Positions 45,069-60,175 of a stretch of 64,000 bases of DNA are shown here, in pieces (the stretch's first letter is position 1; each line of letters opens with the position of its first letter). The position numbers and the translations under genes are program-made. The DNA lies in assembly GCA_963977405.1 (NCBI GenBank), contig CAXBOY010000005.1, positions 3,447 to 67,446 on the forward strand. Direction: 5' to 3'. This DNA is from an uncultured Gammaproteobacteria bacterium (lineage in GTDB: Bacteria; Pseudomonadota; Gammaproteobacteria; Pseudomonadales; Pseudohongiellaceae). The notes under the pieces were generated by a model. That model searched no databases and was not told where the DNA came from. It saw only the letters and a list, made by a program, of their open reading frames with translations.

Positions 45069-47363
45069 ATGTTGAGCAAAGATCTAGAAATTACTTTGAA
45101 CAGCGCCTTTTCCGGAGCCAGGAAGAAGCGACACGAATACATGACGGTAGAGCACTTACTACTCGCTCTACTAGACAACGATATCGCCGCCGACGTGTTA
45201 CTCGCCTGCGGCGCTGACCTTGCGCGCTTGCGTGACGAGCTGCTCGAGTTCGTTGACTCCACAACTCCATTAATCCCAGAGCTCGAGATTGAGCGGGAGA
45301 CACAGCCAACTCTTGGCTTTCAGCGCGTTCTTCAGCGTGCTGTTTTTCATGTGCAGTCCTCCGGAAAGCGCGAAGTCACTGGCGCCAATGTGCTGGTGGC
45401 GATTTTCAGCGAACAAGAGAGCCAAGCGGTGTTCTTGTTGCGTCAGCAAGATGTCGCTCGTATCGACGTTGTGAATTACATCACCCATGGTACATCTAAG
45501 GTCCCTGGGCACGAGGGAGGAGCGGAGCCTTCGCCACAGCAACAAGATGGCGAGGAAGAGGGCATCGAGCGCGCCGCAAGTGCACTAGAGAGCTTCGCGA
45601 GCAATCTGAATGAACAGGCAATTCTCGGTAAAATCGACCCACTAATTGGCCGTGATGCCGAGGTCACTCGCCTGATTCAAGTTCTGTCTCGTCGCCGCAA
45701 GAATAATCCTCTGCTAGTGGGAGAGTCTGGTGTCGGCAAGACTGCGGTAGTCGAGGGCCTAGCCCGTAAGATCGTGGAAGGACAGGTACCCGATGTGTTG
45801 AAGGGCAACGTCATCTATTCACTCGATCTAGGTTCGCTACTGGCAGGTACCAAGTATCGCGGTGACTTCGAGAAGCGCTTCAAGGCACTACTGGGTGAGC
45901 TAAAGAAAAACCCTAAGGCCATCCTCTTTATCGACGAAATTCATACCATTATCGGTGCCGGAGCGGCGTCTGGTGGCGTCATGGACGCCTCGAATCTGCT
46001 TAAGCCTGTGCTGACCTCGGGGGATTTGCGTTGTGTCGGCTCAACGACATATCAAGAATATCGCGGCATTTTCGAAAAAGATCGCGCTTTATCGCGCCGT
46101 TTTCAGAAAATCGATGTTGATGAGCCGGATGTCGAGACTACTTATCGAATCCTCAAAGGGCTCAAGTCGCGCTTTGAAGAACACCACGATCTACGCTACA
46201 GCGATAATTCGTTGCGGGTTGCTTCTGAATTGGCAGGTCGCTACATCAATGATCGCTTCATGCCTGACAAGGCAATAGATGTAATCGACGAGGCTGGTGC
46301 ATATCAGCGCCTACAGCCAGCTAGTAAACGAAAGAAGCTGATTCAGGCGCAGGATATGGAGCGTGTAGTAGCCGCTATCGCTCGGATTCCGCCGAAACAC
46401 GTGTCGACTTCCGATGTAGAGGCTCTTAAGAATCTAGATGAAAACCTGCGCATGGTGGTGTTTGGTCAGGACGAGGCGATCGAGAATCTATCCTCGGCCA
46501 TAAAACTCTCACGCGCCGGGCTGAACCATCCCGACAAGCCTATTGGCTCCTATTTATTCTCTGGCCCCACCGGCGTCGGCAAGACCGAAGTCAGTCGTCA
46601 GCTGGCGAAGATTCTCGGTATCGAGCTGATTCGTTTCGATATGTCCGAATACATGGAGCGCCACACGGTGTCTCGTTTGATCGGTGCGCCTCCCGGTTAT
46701 GTGGGCTTCGACCAGGGTGGCTTGCTGACCGAGGCGGTTGGTAAGGCACCGCATTGTGTTCTTTTACTCGATGAGATCGAGAAGGCGCACCCGGATGTCT
46801 TTAACTTGCTCCTGCAAGTTATGGATCACGGTGCGTTAACGGACAATAACGGGCGCAAGGCGGATTTCCGCAATGTCATTCTCATTATGACCACCAATGC
46901 GGGCGCACAAGAGATGTCTAGAGCCTCTATTGGCTTTACGCTGCAGAATCACAGCACCGACGGTATGGAGGCTCTGAAGAAGACCTTTAGCCCTGAGTTC
47001 CGCAACCGACTCGATGCTATCGTGCAGTTCGGCGCTTTAAACACTGAGACGATACGTACGGTAGTGGATAAGTTCTTGGTCGAGTTGCAGGTGCAACTGG
47101 ATGACAAGAAGGTCACCCTGCATGTTGATGATAGTGCGCGGGATTGGTTTGTTGAGCACGGCTATAGTCTCACTATGGGCGCACGCCCGATGGCAAGGCT
47201 CATTCAAGACAAGCTGAAGAAGTCGCTGGCAGAGGCCATTTTGTTTGGAGAGCTCACTGATGGAGGCGAGGTCGTCGTTTCGATAGAGAAAGACGAGGTC
47301 AAGCTCGAGATCAAGGGGCGTAAAAACGCAGAGGGCAGAGAGCTGAGCAAGAGCGAGGGCTAA
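45069..47363 (+). CDS. clpA: ATP-dependent Clp protease ATP-binding subunit
   Basis: 764 aa with two AAA+ modules (GESGVGKT and GPTGVGKT Walker A) and a ClpA-type N-domain. Confidence 0.95.
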   Translation: MLSKDLEITLNSAFSGARKKRHEYMTVEHLLLALLDNDIAADVLLACGADLARLRDELLEFVDSTTPLIPELEIERETQPTLGFQRVLQRAVFHVQSSGKREVTGANVLVAIFSEQESQAVFLLRQQDVARIDVVNYITHGTSKVPGHEGGAEPSPQQQDGEEEGIERAASALESFASNLNEQAILGKIDPLIGRDAEVTRLIQVLSRRRKNNPLLVGESGVGKTAVVEGLARKIVEGQVPDVLKGNVIYSLDLGSLLAGTKYRGDFEKRFKALLGELKKNPKAILFIDEIHTIIGAGAASGGVMDASNLLKPVLTSGDLRCVGSTTYQEYRGIFEKDRALSRRFQKIDVDEPDVETTYRILKGLKSRFEEHHDLRYSDNSLRVASELAGRYINDRFMPDKAIDVIDEAGAYQRLQPASKRKKLIQAQDMERVVAAIARIPPKHVSTSDVEALKNLDENLRMVVFGQDEAIENLSSAIKLSRAGLNHPDKPIGSYLFSGPTGVGKTEVSRQLAKILGIELIRFDMSEYMERHTVSRLIGAPPGYVGFDQGGLLTEAVGKAPHCVLLLDEIEKAHPDVFNLLLQVMDHGALTDNNGRKADFRNVILIMTTNAGAQEMSRASIGFTLQNHSTDGMEALKKTFSPEFRNRLDAIVQFGALNTETIRTVVDKFLVELQVQLDDKKVTLHVDDSARDWFVEHGYSLTMGARPMARLIQDKLKKSLAEAILFGELTDGGEVVVSIEKDEVKLEIKGRKNAEGRELSKSEG

Positions 47364-47381
47364 GGCTCTCGCTGCTTTCGC

Positions 47382-47600
47382 TTAGCGGGCGCGGTAGGTG
47401 ATGCGGCCTTTGCTCAAGTCGTAAGGAGTGAGTTCTACTTTGACCTGGTCACCGGTCAGAATACGGATGTAGTTTTTTCTCATTTTGCCGGAGATATGGG
47501 CGGTCACGATGTGGCCGTTCTCTAGCTTCACGCGAAACATGGTGTTGGGAAGGGTATCCACAACTTCACCATCCATTTCGATCTGATCTTCTTTTGCCAT
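47382..47600 (-). CDS. infA: translation initiation factor IF-1
   Basis: [72 protein letters not shown], 72 aa, near-identical to enterobacterial IF-1. Confidence 0.96.
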   Translation of the reverse strand: MAKEDQIEMDGEVVDTLPNTMFRVKLENGHIVTAHISGKMRKNYIRILTGDQVKVELTPYDLSKGRITYRAR

Positions 47601-47748
47601 TAACAATCAATCCTGTTTGGGGTAAGCGGGCCTAGAATGGCCGCGGGCGGACAAAAACGTGCGCGCATTTTGCCCCATTTAGCGTAAATAAGCAAAACTC
47701 CTTCATTTTTAAGCAAATTCAATGCGGGCGTTGATGCCTGTACTGATA

Positions 47749-48462
47749 TTAGTTTAGTAAAACCCAGCCGCGCTCCATGAGTATCTCCAGTGGGCGGTAG
47801 TCGGTCTTGTAGCGCATCTTGTCGCACTCCTTAATCCAATAGCCTAGATAGACATAGGGCAGGTTCAGTCGCCGCGCTTTCTCGATCTGCCACAGAATGA
47901 CGTAGCTGCCCAAGGAGCGGCTGCTTTGATCTGGGTCGAAGAAGGTGTACATGGCGGACAGACCATGGTCGAGTTCATCCATTACGCTTAGCGCGACAAG
48001 GTTCTGTTGGTCGTAAAAACCGTAGTAGCGCGTGGTCTCTGTCTTAGCCTCGATGAAGGCTTGATATTGTTCTAACGAGGGCGGATACATATCGCCGTCG
48101 ATGTGTCGTGTGTTGATGTAGCGGCTGTACAGATCGAAGAATTGCGGAGAGTCGAGATGCTTTATCTCCTGACTGCGCAGGTCCTGATTGCGCCGCCATA
48201 CCCGCTTGAAGCGCTTGTTCTGCTGGAACTCGCGTACCTTGATGCGCGCCGAAAGACAGGCCTGGCAAGCATCGCAGGCAGGGCGGTAAAGATGGGTGCC
48301 ACTGCGCCGAAAACCAGCGGTGACCAAAGCGCTGTAGATTCCTTTGGATAAGGGCACTGCAGGGTCTAAGAAGACCGTGCGCGCCTGTTCTCCGGGCAGA
48401 TAACTACAGGGGTGCGCGGTGGTCTGATAGAACTGTAATTGCTGAATATCATCCGCTTGCAA
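47749..48462 (-). CDS. bpt: arginyl/aspartyl-glutamyl-tRNA--protein transferase (Bpt/Ate family)
   Basis: 237 aa with CSYLPGE, FRRSG, YRP.C..C..C and LGYWI motifs of bacterial ATE-like transferases. Overlaps the aat end by 14 nt. Confidence 0.87.
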   Translation of the reverse strand: MQADDIQQLQFYQTTAHPCSYLPGEQARTVFLDPAVPLSKGIYSALVTAGFRRSGTHLYRPACDACQACLSARIKVREFQQNKRFKRVWRRNQDLRSQEIKHLDSPQFFDLYSRYINTRHIDGDMYPPSLEQYQAFIEAKTETTRYYGFYDQQNLVALSVMDELDHGLSAMYTFFDPDQSSRSLGSYVILWQIEKARRLNLPYVYLGYWIKECDKMRYKTDYRPLEILMERGWVLLN

Positions 48463-49162
48463 GGTCGTTTAGCTCCATTTCCCAAAGGCCTTGTTTGCCA
48501 GGTAGTGAGCGGGCCTGCTCTAGTATCTCTAGAAACTGAGCCCTCGGCATATCTTGTGCGCCGAGGCTGCGCAGATGTTCGCTTGGTACCTGGCAGTCGA
48601 TGAGTTGATAGTGCCAGAGCTGCAACTGTTTCACGAGCCAAATGAAGCCGGTTTTTGAGGCATTGTCCCGTAGGCTAAACATAGACTCTCCGAAGAAAAG
48701 CTGCCCCATGGCGATGCCATAGAGTCCGCCGACCAAAGTCCCCTCATGCCAGACCTCTACCGAATGGGCTATGCCGCGTTGATGAAGGGCACAATAAGCC
48801 TCCTGCATAGGTTCGGTAATCCAGGTGCCTGGGTAGACCTCGCGAGTCATGGCGCAGTGTTCTATTACCTGTTTGAACGCTCGGTCGAGTGTGACCTGAT
48901 ACTCGCCGCGGCGCAGTACCTTGCGCATACTGCGGGAGATGACGAGTTCGGTCGGCCGCAGAGCCATGCGCAATGACGGGCTCCACCAGAGAATGGGTTG
49001 GTCGTCCTGATACCACGGGAAAATGCCGTGCTCGTAGGCAAGAATGAGCCGCTCGCAACTTAGGTCGCCCCCGGCGGCAAGCAAGCCGTCGGGGTCTTTC
49101 AATGCCTTACTCACAGAGGGAAAGGCAAGGTCTGTGTCGTTCAGCCAGGGCAGCTTACTCAT
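48449..49162 (-). CDS. aat: leucyl/phenylalanyl-tRNA--protein transferase
   Basis: [32 protein letters not shown] and LIDCQ are collinear with E. coli Aat. Confidence 0.9.
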   Translation of the reverse strand: MSKLPWLNDTDLAFPSVSKALKDPDGLLAAGGDLSCERLILAYEHGIFPWYQDDQPILWWSPSLRMALRPTELVISRSMRKVLRRGEYQVTLDRAFKQVIEHCAMTREVYPGTWITEPMQEAYCALHQRGIAHSVEVWHEGTLVGGLYGIAMGQLFFGESMFSLRDNASKTGFIWLVKQLQLWHYQLIDCQVPSEHLRSLGAQDMPRAQFLEILEQARSLPGKQGLWEMELNDLASG

Positions 49163-49180
49163 CGCGAGTCTCCGCCGGTC

Positions 49181-50167
<987 letters not shown>

Positions 50168-50417
50168 TCAAACGCTGCTGTGGCAAACGTGTGCGGGATA
50201 GGCTTCTAAAATGGGTGCTAAGACTCTTGATTTAAAGGGCTAGCGAAGAAATTGCGCCTATTCTAGATGATCCCTCGCACGTCCTCATGCCTTTTTGTCA
50301 GTAAATAGTCCGCATTGGGGAGTCTTGCTTGTTTTCCGGGGAGCTAAAATTGATTATGATAGCGTCAATTAATATCTAGAATCAGATAGAAAATATAATT
50401 GCAGGTGTCTGAAAAGT

Positions 50418-52754
50418 TTGAAAAATAAACCTCAAAAGAAAGTCGATAAAGAACAGCAGCTTAGTTCTGTCACGCAGCGCATCATTCGAGAAGGGGTGTT
50501 GATCCTCAGTTTCTTGCTCGGGTTGTTTTTAGTGATTGCACTGCTCAGTTACTCCCCAAGGGACCCTGGTTTCACGACCACGGGTAGCAGTGCGGATATT
50601 CAGAACGCCGTAGGGCAACTTGGCGCATGGATAGCGGACCTACTGTTTCATCTGTTCGGCTTCTTCGCGTATCTATTTCCTCTCGCTCTAGTGCTCAAGG
50701 CCATCGGTTTCCTGCGCAAGTCCGAACAGGGTGAAGAGCCGTTTTCGTGGGCGATGTTCGGCCTCAAGACCAGCGGTGTGATTCTGCTTGCCGTAGGCGC
50801 CTGCGCACTGGCGACGATGCATTTTGCGATAGGCGGCGATGTGCCTTGGCTGGCAGGCGGTGTCATTGGTTCTATGATGGTTAACGTGACCGTGCCCGTA
50901 TTTGCGGTGGTCGGCAGTACCTTATTGTATTTCGCGATATTCCTGCTGGGCCTGACCATCAGCGTGGAGATCTCTTGGCTACGCCTTGTCGACCGTACCG
51001 GCGCGTTAACTCTAAGTGGCTTGGCGTGGATAGCACAGACTTGGAAGGCATGGTGGGAGTCTAAGAAGGAAGAGCAGGGAACTCGCCAGATCCTGGAGAC
51101 ACGCAAGCGCGCGCTCGACGTCTACATAGAGAAAGAGAAGAAGCGCGTACCGCCAACTATCAAGCCAGTCGAGAAGAAGCCTGCCGTGAAGAGCGCTAGA
51201 GTTGAAAAAGAGCGCCAGGGCCGCCTATTTACGGCGCCTAACCCAGGCGACTTGCCCGCCATTGCGCTCCTAGACGAATATAAGGGCGTGCAGAAGCAGG
51301 GTTTCTCCAAAGAGTCTTTAGAGGCCATGTCACGACTACTGGAGCTAAAACTGGGTGATTTCGGTATCGAGATTCAGGTTACTGAGGTCAACCCGGGGCC
51401 CGTGATCACGCGCTTCGAGGTGCAACCGGCCCCAGGTATTAAGGCGAGCCGCATTACCGGCTTAGGCAAGGATTTGGCGCGCTCATTGGCCTTGGTTAGC
51501 GTGCGTGTGGTGGAGGTTATTCCGGGTAAGACAGTGATCGGGATTGAGATTCCGAATGAGCATCGCGAGATGATTATGCTCAGCCAAGTGCTGGCGTCCC
51601 CCGAATTCGACAAGTCGCCTTCTCCGGTTAGTATGGCTCTGGGGCACGATATTGTCGGCAAGCCCATGATAGTCGACCTTGCCAAGATGCCTCACCTATT
51701 AGTTGCGGGAACCACCGGCTCGGGTAAGTCGGTCGGCATCAATGCCATGATCCTCAGCATCCTATTCAAATCTACGCCAGAGCAGGTGCGTATGATCATG
51801 ATCGACCCGAAGATGCTTGAGCTGTCGGTCTACGACGGCATTCCTCATCTATTGACGCCGGTCATTACCGATATGAAAGATGCCGCCAATGGCTTGCGCT
51901 GGAGTGTTGCGGAGATGGAGCGCCGCTATAAACTCATGTCGGCTCTCGGTGTGCGCAACTTAGCGGGTTATAACAAGAAGGTTACGGATGCTGCGAAGAG
52001 TGGCCAGCCAATTATCGACCCCCTGTGGCGCGCCGACCCGATGCAGTTATTGGAGGACCAGCAGGCACCTGTGCTCGAGGCCTTGCCTATGATCGTGGTC
52101 ATTGTCGACGAGCTTGCCGACATGATGATGGTAGTGGGTAAAAAGGTTGAAGAATTGATCGCCCGCATCGCGCAGAAGGCGCGTGCGGCGGGGATACACC
52201 TGATTCTAGCGACCCAACGACCATCGGTTGATGTGCTAACCGGTTTGATCAAAGCGAATATCCCGACGCGTCTGTCGTTCATGGTGCAGTCGAAAATCGA
52301 CTCTCGCACCATTCTAGGTGAGGGTGGTGCTGAGCAACTCTTGGGTAACGGCGACATGCTATTTATGCCTCCCGGAGGCGGTATCGCGACGCGCGTTCAT
52401 GGTGCCTTCGTTAGCGATAACGAGGTGCACCGCGTGGTGGCGGATTGGAAGTCCCGCGGCGAACCCGTCTACATCGATGAAATCACTCAGGGCACCGAGG
52501 ATCGCGACATGGGCGCCTTCGGCGGTGGCGGCGATGAAGAGGGCGGTGCCGAAGAGGACGACGCGCTCTATGACGAGGCCGTGGCCTTCGTGACTGAGTC
52601 TCGTAAGGCCTCTATCTCTGCCGTTCAACGCAAGCTGCGCATTGGCTATAACCGGGCAGCTCGTATGATCGACGCGATGGAAGCAGCGGGTGTTGTCACC
52701 TCTATGAATACCAACGGCAGTCGCGAAGTAATCGCGCCGCCTCCACCGCGATAA
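50418..52754 (+). CDS. ftsK: DNA translocase FtsK
   Basis: 778 aa with N-terminal TM helices, a linker, the motor domain (GTTGSGKS Walker [11 protein letters not shown]) and the C-terminal gamma winged helix ([24 protein letters not shown]). Annotated start is TTG 50418. Confidence 0.92.
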   Translation: MKNKPQKKVDKEQQLSSVTQRIIREGVLILSFLLGLFLVIALLSYSPRDPGFTTTGSSADIQNAVGQLGAWIADLLFHLFGFFAYLFPLALVLKAIGFLRKSEQGEEPFSWAMFGLKTSGVILLAVGACALATMHFAIGGDVPWLAGGVIGSMMVNVTVPVFAVVGSTLLYFAIFLLGLTISVEISWLRLVDRTGALTLSGLAWIAQTWKAWWESKKEEQGTRQILETRKRALDVYIEKEKKRVPPTIKPVEKKPAVKSARVEKERQGRLFTAPNPGDLPAIALLDEYKGVQKQGFSKESLEAMSRLLELKLGDFGIEIQVTEVNPGPVITRFEVQPAPGIKASRITGLGKDLARSLALVSVRVVEVIPGKTVIGIEIPNEHREMIMLSQVLASPEFDKSPSPVSMALGHDIVGKPMIVDLAKMPHLLVAGTTGSGKSVGINAMILSILFKSTPEQVRMIMIDPKMLELSVYDGIPHLLTPVITDMKDAANGLRWSVAEMERRYKLMSALGVRNLAGYNKKVTDAAKSGQPIIDPLWRADPMQLLEDQQAPVLEALPMIVVIVDELADMMMVVGKKVEELIARIAQKARAAGIHLILATQRPSVDVLTGLIKANIPTRLSFMVQSKIDSRTILGEGGAEQLLGNGDMLFMPPGGGIATRVHGAFVSDNEVHRVVADWKSRGEPVYIDEITQGTEDRDMGAFGGGGDEEGGAEEDDALYDEAVAFVTESRKASISAVQRKLRIGYNRAARMIDAMEAAGVVTSMNTNGSREVIAPPPPR

Positions 52755-52767
52755 TTAGGATCTCTAT

Positions 52768-53421
52768 ATGGGTTTGCGCTCTGTTTTTGTGTTTTGCTGC
52801 GGACCGCTCGCCTTCGTTTTAGGTGGTGGTATGGTAATGGCGCAGGACGAATCCGCAGCGTCGTTGTCCCAACTACTCGGCAATATAGAGACCTTTCAGG
52901 CCGATGTGCGGCAACTGATTGTGGAGTCTACGGGCGGGGTGTTAGAACAGAGTGAGATTCTGTTCAAGCTCAAGCGTCCCAATGGCTTTTACTGGGAGAC
53001 GACAGAGCCATACCCAGAGCTAATCGTGACCGACGGTGAGCGCCTATGGAATTATCAGCCAGACCTTCTGCAAGTGACGGTTGAAGCTTGGGAGCCGGAG
53101 CGTTCCGAGTTAGCCGCACAGTTGCTCAGTGGTCGTGTTGATGAGATCGAAGCTGATTACTTTATTACTGGCGGCGACGTGGGCAACGGTAATGCATTCG
53201 AGTTCATCCTAGAGCCTGTCGACCCGGCAAGTCTCTACGAACGCGTTACCCTGTATTTCCGCGGTCAGACGCTGAACTCTATTCATGTGGACAACGGCAA
53301 TGGTCAGCGTACCTTCTGGGAGTTCTTCAATCACGAGATCAATGAGCCTATCGAAGACTCTGTGTTCGTGTTCGAAGTGCCGGACGACATCGAACTGATC
53401 GACAATCGCGCTGCAAACTAA
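52768..53421 (+). CDS. lolA: outer-membrane lipoprotein carrier protein
   Basis: 217 aa with a signal peptide and the F.A.F.Q pattern (IETFQADVRQ). Sits in the conserved ftsK-lolA-rarA position. Confidence 0.83.
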   Translation: MGLRSVFVFCCGPLAFVLGGGMVMAQDESAASLSQLLGNIETFQADVRQLIVESTGGVLEQSEILFKLKRPNGFYWETTEPYPELIVTDGERLWNYQPDLLQVTVEAWEPERSELAAQLLSGRVDEIEADYFITGGDVGNGNAFEFILEPVDPASLYERVTLYFRGQTLNSIHVDNGNGQRTFWEFFNHEINEPIEDSVFVFEVPDDIELIDNRAAN

Positions 53422-53445
53422 ACCCGCTTAACGCTGAGGCTTGAT

Positions 53446-54824
53446 ATGTCCGAGTCATTATTTGATGCCCTCGAACAAGAAGCGCAACCGAATACTACTG
53501 CTGCGTTTCAACCTTTGGCGTCGCGCATGCGCCCAATCCGTCTCGAGGACTTCATCGGTCAGGAACATCTGCTTGGCCCGGGCAAACCCCTAGGCGAGGC
53601 AATACGACGTGGCGCGCCCCACTCAATGATCCTGTGGGGGCCACCTGGAGTAGGCAAGACCACTCTGGCTAGAATGCTGGCCCATGCCAGCGATGGGCAT
53701 TTCGAAAGTATCTCCGCCGTGCTCAGTGGCGTGAAGGACATTCGCGCGGCTGTTGAGCGCGCGCAAATGCTGCGCCGCGCCAAAGGCAAGCCGACTGTCC
53801 TGTTCGTCGATGAGGTGCACCGCTTCAATAAGAGCCAACAAGACGCCTTCCTGCCCCATGTAGAGGATGGCACGCTGATCTTCGTCGGCGCGACCACCGA
53901 GAACCCTTCCTTCGAACTCAATAACGCCTTGTTATCTAGGGCGCGGGTCTATTTGCTCAAGAGTCTAGATGATGAAGCTATTTTGCGCCTGATAGATCTC
54001 GCCCTGCAGGACAAGGAGCGTGGCCTAGGGCGGCAGGAAATAGCGGTTAGCCAAGAGGCGCGTCAACGCATGGCGGGTGCAGCCGATGGCGATGCGCGCG
54101 GTGTTCTTAACCTTCTGGAGATTGCCGTAGACTTGGCCAATGAAGTAGACGGCACGCTGCAGGTAGACATGGCGGTAGTGGAGCAGGTGCTGCAAGGGGG
54201 CAGTCGTCGTTTCGATAAGGGGGGTGATGCCTTCTACGAACAGATATCCGCCCTACACAAGGCTGTGCGCGGCTCCAGCCCAGACGGGGCGCTGTATTGG
54301 TTTGTGCGCATGTTGGACGGTGGCTGTGATCCGTTATATATTGCCCGCCGTTTAGTGCGCATGGCGAGCGAGGATATAGGCAACGCCGACCCTAGAGCCC
54401 TGCAGATGGCGATGTCTGCCTGGGACGCCTACCTGCGTCTAGGTAGTCCGGAGGGCGACCTAGTGATCGCCCATACGGTGATTTATCTAGCCTGTGCGCC
54501 GAAGAGCAATGCGGTTTATAGTGCCTTCAATGAGGCCATGGCGACGGTGCAGAAGGGGGCGTCATTAGAGGTGCCCATGCACCTACGCAATGCGCCCACC
54601 AGTTTGATGAAGGACATGGATTTTGGCGCCGAGTATCGCTATGCCCATGACGAACCTGGGGCCTATGCGGCAGGGGAAAATTATCTGCCCGAGGCGCTGC
54701 AAGACATGCGCTTCTATCACCCTAGTGAGTATGGTTTAGAGGCGAAAATACGCGAAAAGCTCGACTATTTACGCGAACGCGACGAACAAAGTCCCGTGCA
54801 GCGCTACTCTGACAGACGAGGTAA

Positions 54825-54828
<4 letters not shown>
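53446..54828 (+). CDS. rarA: replication-associated recombination protein A (MgsA/RarA)
   Basis: LASRMRPIRLEDFIGQEHLLG, WGPPGVGKTT, FVDEVHRFNK and GATTENPSFE. Confidence 0.93.
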
Positions 54829-56508
<1,680 letters not shown>

Positions 56509-56544
56509 TCTAGAAAGTCTCGAGACTCTCCTGGAGAGTGGTAT

Positions 56545-57957
56545 ATGCAGTTCCTACCGATATTTTTGAATGTCCGTGCCCAAAATTGCTTGATCGTAGG
56601 CGGTGGCGAGGTGGCCTATCGTAAGGCCGTACTTCTCGATCGCGCAGGCGCAAGACTGCGTGTGGTTGCCCCCAAGATCAGTGCAGAGCTCGAGGCCCTC
56701 GTAATAGCTGGTGCCGGTGAGTTGCGCATTCGTGCCTTCAAAGAGAGTGACCTTGACGGTGTGTTCCTCGCCGTTGCAGCAACCGATGACGAGGAAGTGA
56801 ATGGCAATGTTTCCATCGCCGCGAAGAGTCGCGGCTTACCCGTGAACGTGGTGGATAAACCAGCGCTATGCAGCTTCATAGTTCCCTCGATCGTGGACCG
56901 TTCTCCCATCGTGATCGCGATTTCCAGTGGCGGTACCTCGCCAATTTTGACGCGCAAACTAAAAGAGAAAATTGAGATTTTGGTGCCCGCCGCCTATGGT
57001 CGTTTGGCTCTTATGCTTGGTGCCTTTCGTGGGCGAGTGAAGAGTGTCGTCACGGATTTCAAGACGCGTACTCGCTTCTGGGAGGCTCTACTCTCTGGAC
57101 CTATGCCCGGCATGGTTTTGTCGGGTGACGAGGACCAGGCGCGGCGCTATGTCGAGCATCAACTTGCCGCCTCCGAGCAGATCGAAGTGCGCGGCGAAGT
57201 CTATCTTGTTGGAGCGGGGCCAGGTGACCCCGATTTGTTGACGCTAAAGGCGTTACGCATTATGCATGAGGCCGACGTGGTACTTTACGACCGCCTAGTA
57301 TCGCCCGAGATTCTACGGCGCGTGCGTCCAGATGCTGACATGATTAATGTGGGTAAGGAGCGTGCGAATCATTCTGTACCACAAGAGCAGATTAATGAGA
57401 TGCTGGTGCGTCTTGCTCAAGAGGGCAAGAAGGTGCTGCGCCTAAAAGGGGGTGATCCTTTCATCTTCGGCCGCGGTGGAGAAGAGATCGACAGGCTCGC
57501 TGAAGCGAATATTCCCTTCCAAGTGATTCCAGGTATTACCGCCGCATCGGGTTGCGCCTGTTATGCCGGCATTCCATTGACCCATCGTGACTGTGCGCAA
57601 TCCGTGCGTTTTGTAGCTGGGCATTTGAAGGATGGCAGTATTGACCTAGATTGGGACGAATTGGCGAAAGAACACCAGACAGTCGTTTTCTATATGGGGC
57701 TAGTGGGTTTGGAGACTATCTGCGCTAAACTGATTGCGCATGGCGCGCCATCGACGCGGCCGATAGCATTGGTGCAGCAGGGCACCACGCCGAATCAGTT
57801 GGTACTTAAGGGCACTTTGGAGTCCATGCCGAAAATTGTTAACACCATTGAAGTGAAGGCGCCTACGATTATCATCGTTGGCGCTGTTGTGAGCTTGCAA
57901 GATAAATATTCTTGGTTTAGAAAAGAAGCGCTCGTGGATGAGAGCGCTCTAGTCTGA
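56545..57957 (+). CDS. cysG: siroheme synthase (multifunctional CysG)
   Basis: 470 aa with an N-terminal Rossmann fold (LIVGGGEVAYRK) and a C-terminal SUMT domain (VYLVGAGPGDPDLLTLKA, LKGGDPFIFGRGGEE). Confidence 0.92.
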   Translation: MQFLPIFLNVRAQNCLIVGGGEVAYRKAVLLDRAGARLRVVAPKISAELEALVIAGAGELRIRAFKESDLDGVFLAVAATDDEEVNGNVSIAAKSRGLPVNVVDKPALCSFIVPSIVDRSPIVIAISSGGTSPILTRKLKEKIEILVPAAYGRLALMLGAFRGRVKSVVTDFKTRTRFWEALLSGPMPGMVLSGDEDQARRYVEHQLAASEQIEVRGEVYLVGAGPGDPDLLTLKALRIMHEADVVLYDRLVSPEILRRVRPDADMINVGKERANHSVPQEQINEMLVRLAQEGKKVLRLKGGDPFIFGRGGEEIDRLAEANIPFQVIPGITAASGCACYAGIPLTHRDCAQSVRFVAGHLKDGSIDLDWDELAKEHQTVVFYMGLVGLETICAKLIAHGAPSTRPIALVQQGTTPNQLVLKGTLESMPKIVNTIEVKAPTIIIVGAVVSLQDKYSWFRKEALVDESALV

Positions 57958-57969
57958 TGCTATCTTTGA

Positions 57970-59073
57970 CTAATCGATCAAATTAAATTCTTTGCCGAGT
58001 ATGTCGAGAATTTCCTGTCGTGGGTTGTCAGCTAAGGTCACCGGTTTGCCAATGATTTTCTCGGCGATACCTAGGTAAGTGCTGGAGATTTGCATCAGAA
58101 TCGCTTCTGGCAGTGCATTGTCGCGCGCTAGAGCAGCACGCTCCGGCATACGATCTTTGTTCAACAAAATGTCGGGGTCTGGGAAGTACTGCAAAAGTTG
58201 CTGGCGAAACTCTTCTTTGGATTTTTCGATCACCTTGCCCTCGCGGTAGGAGGGGCCATCCCAAATGCGCGAAGAGTCTGGCGTACCGACCTCGTCCATA
58301 TAGATCAATTTATCCTGACCGTTAATGTCTTTGACATAGCCGAACTCGAATTTGGTGTCGACGAAGACTTGATCAATTTTCTGTAACTCATTGCTGATAA
58401 CATCGAAGCCTTCGCGCAGCAATTTCTCGTAGAAGTCGATGTCTTCGAAGCTACGGAAGTTGAACGCCGCGTAATTCTGTTCGATGTCGTGACGCGTGAT
58501 ATTCACATCGTCGGCCTCTGGTACGCCAGGTATGCCCTTAAGGATACCCTTGGTAGAGGGAGTTATGAGTAGCTCTGGTAGCTTCTGATCTTTTTGTAAA
58601 CCGTCGGGAATGCTGATGCCGCAGAAGTCGCGCTCGCCCTTGGTGTAGGCACGCCACATGGATCCAGTAATGTACTGACGACAGATCGCCTCGATCATTA
58701 CGGGCTTAGCTTTCTGCACAATCCAGACGAATGGGTGAGGGATCTCGAGGATGTGGCTCTCGGCTAGGCCTTGCTCGCGAAAGAGCTTAAACCAATGATT
58801 GGAGATTGCATTGAGAGCAGCGCCTTTGCCCGGTACACCATTCAAACCACCTTCACCATGCCAGATGCAATCGAACGCCGAGATGCGATCGCTGATCACC
58901 ATGATCGCCAACGGCGCATCGGGGGCTACCTTATAGCCGCGCTCCTTAATCAAGCGTTCACTATCCTCTGGTGTTAACCAGTATACGGAACGGACCTTGC
59001 CGCTGTGGACAGGTTGATTAGTGCGAATGGGCAGGTCGTTATTAACGGCGAGTACGCTATTGGCAAGGCTCAT
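57970..59073 (-). CDS. purC: phosphoribosylaminoimidazole-succinocarboxamide synthase (long form)
   Basis: 367 aa. The SAICAR synthetase core ([24 protein letters not shown]) lies in the extended form found in some marine gammaproteobacteria. Confidence 0.88.
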   Translation of the reverse strand: MSLANSVLAVNNDLPIRTNQPVHSGKVRSVYWLTPEDSERLIKERGYKVAPDAPLAIMVISDRISAFDCIWHGEGGLNGVPGKGAALNAISNHWFKLFREQGLAESHILEIPHPFVWIVQKAKPVMIEAICRQYITGSMWRAYTKGERDFCGISIPDGLQKDQKLPELLITPSTKGILKGIPGVPEADDVNITRHDIEQNYAAFNFRSFEDIDFYEKLLREGFDVISNELQKIDQVFVDTKFEFGYVKDINGQDKLIYMDEVGTPDSSRIWDGPSYREGKVIEKSKEEFRQQLLQYFPDPDILLNKDRMPERAALARDNALPEAILMQISSTYLGIAEKIIGKPVTLADNPRQEILDILGKEFNLID

Positions 59074-59113
59074 AGTGCTGTGTCCTTCAAAGTGCTATGG
59101 GTCAGTTGGCATG

Positions 59114-59156
59114 CAAAAAAAGATCGCGAATCATAGCAGAAAACCCGATTCGCGAC
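59114..59156 (-). terminator. rho-independent terminator downstream of tusE
   Basis: 9-bp stem TCGCGAATC (59124-59132) / GATTCGCGA (59147-59155). On the minus strand it is followed by a run of seven T (plus-strand A-run 59115-59121), 13 nt after the tusE stop. Confidence 0.75.
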
Positions 59157-59168
59157 AGCCTAAGCTGT

Positions 59169-59507
59169 CTAGAAACAATTCGTTGGCCGTGGCAGGCCGG
59201 CGATCTTACTAGCTAACAAAGCGGGGTTGCCAGGGAAGAGTTTCATCAGATAAATACTACGACCTTTGTCTGCTCCTAGTTCACTGGCCACTAGCTTGAC
59301 TAGGGGGCGCATGGCAGGAGATAGGCCAGTGCGCTGATAGAACTCTCGCAGTACGTCTAGTACTTCCCAGTGTGCCTCGAGCAACGCTATCGACTCGCTA
59401 GACGCGAGTTTATCTGCAACTTCTGGGCTCCAGTCTTCGAGGCTGCGCAGATAGCCATCTTTATCTAGTGGGATCGCCTTGTGATTGTGAAGAAGCAACT
59501 GACTCAT
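59169..59507 (-). CDS. tusE: sulfurtransferase TusE (DsrC family)
   Basis: 112 aa. DKDGYL..EDWS and a single penultimate Cys (PRPTNCF) fit the TusE type rather than two-Cys DsrC. Confidence 0.85.
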   Translation of the reverse strand: MSQLLLHNHKAIPLDKDGYLRSLEDWSPEVADKLASSESIALLEAHWEVLDVLREFYQRTGLSPAMRPLVKLVASELGADKGRSIYLMKLFPGNPALLASKIAGLPRPTNCF

Positions 59508-59517
59508 TCGCGATGCC

Positions 59518-59799
59518 TTAGAACCAACTCACGCTGCGACTGTGCTGACAGGCTAGCTCTACAAACTGCGCATAGTCGACGGAAATGACCGTGGAGGGCA
59601 GGCTAATGCCGCGGGCTTCAGTGTCTTCCTTTAAGGCAAATAACTTTAGAGCTTGAGCTTGAGGATGCCCGGCGATTGCAGAGGCTTGATATACACCGTC
59701 TTCGATCAACAATAAGCTGTCGCCCCTAGTTGCCACTCTTAGGCAGGCGGCGAGGGCGTCATCGGCAGCGGTTTTATTGACGGTATGTAGAGTGCTCAT
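59518..59799 (-). CDS. tusB: sulfurtransferase complex subunit TusB (DsrH family)
   Basis: 93 aa. MSTLHTV, GDSLLLIEDGV and ALKEDTEARG are collinear with E. coli TusB. Confidence 0.8.
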   Translation of the reverse strand: MSTLHTVNKTAADDALAACLRVATRGDSLLLIEDGVYQASAIAGHPQAQALKLFALKEDTEARGISLPSTVISVDYAQFVELACQHSRSVSWF

Positions 59800-60170
59800 A
59801 ACTGATATACCACATCGGATTCACGAATCAGCGCCGCTATGGCCTCGGCGCTGCAGGCCTTTACGTCGATGGCGAGGGAAGCGGGGTCCAGATTTCGTGC
59901 GGATAGCGATTCTAATTCTGCGAATATGTTGTTTACATCGAATAGGGGCAGGGCGGATAGCGCAGCGCTAAGGTCCTTAGCTTCGATGCTCTTTGGCTTT
60001 TGGGCGCTTTTTAGTTGCCACACGCCATCGTCCATAAATACGAGGTTGATCTTCTGTTCGAATGCGGCAGTGGAGAGCACCATGTCTAGGCACGCCTTGG
60101 CGCGGCCGCTGCCATAGGGCGTGCTACGGCTAATAAAGGTGATGGTCTTTGGCGATTGAAGTGTCGACAT
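59796..60170 (-). CDS. tusC: sulfurtransferase complex subunit TusC (DsrF family)
   Basis: 124 aa. ITFISRSTPYGSG, VFMDDGVWQL and LSARNLDP are collinear with E. coli TusC. 4-nt overlap with tusB. Confidence 0.84.
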   Translation of the reverse strand: MSTLQSPKTITFISRSTPYGSGRAKACLDMVLSTAAFEQKINLVFMDDGVWQLKSAQKPKSIEAKDLSAALSALPLFDVNNIFAELESLSARNLDPASLAIDVKACSAEAIAALIRESDVVYQL

Positions 60171-60175
60171 CGACT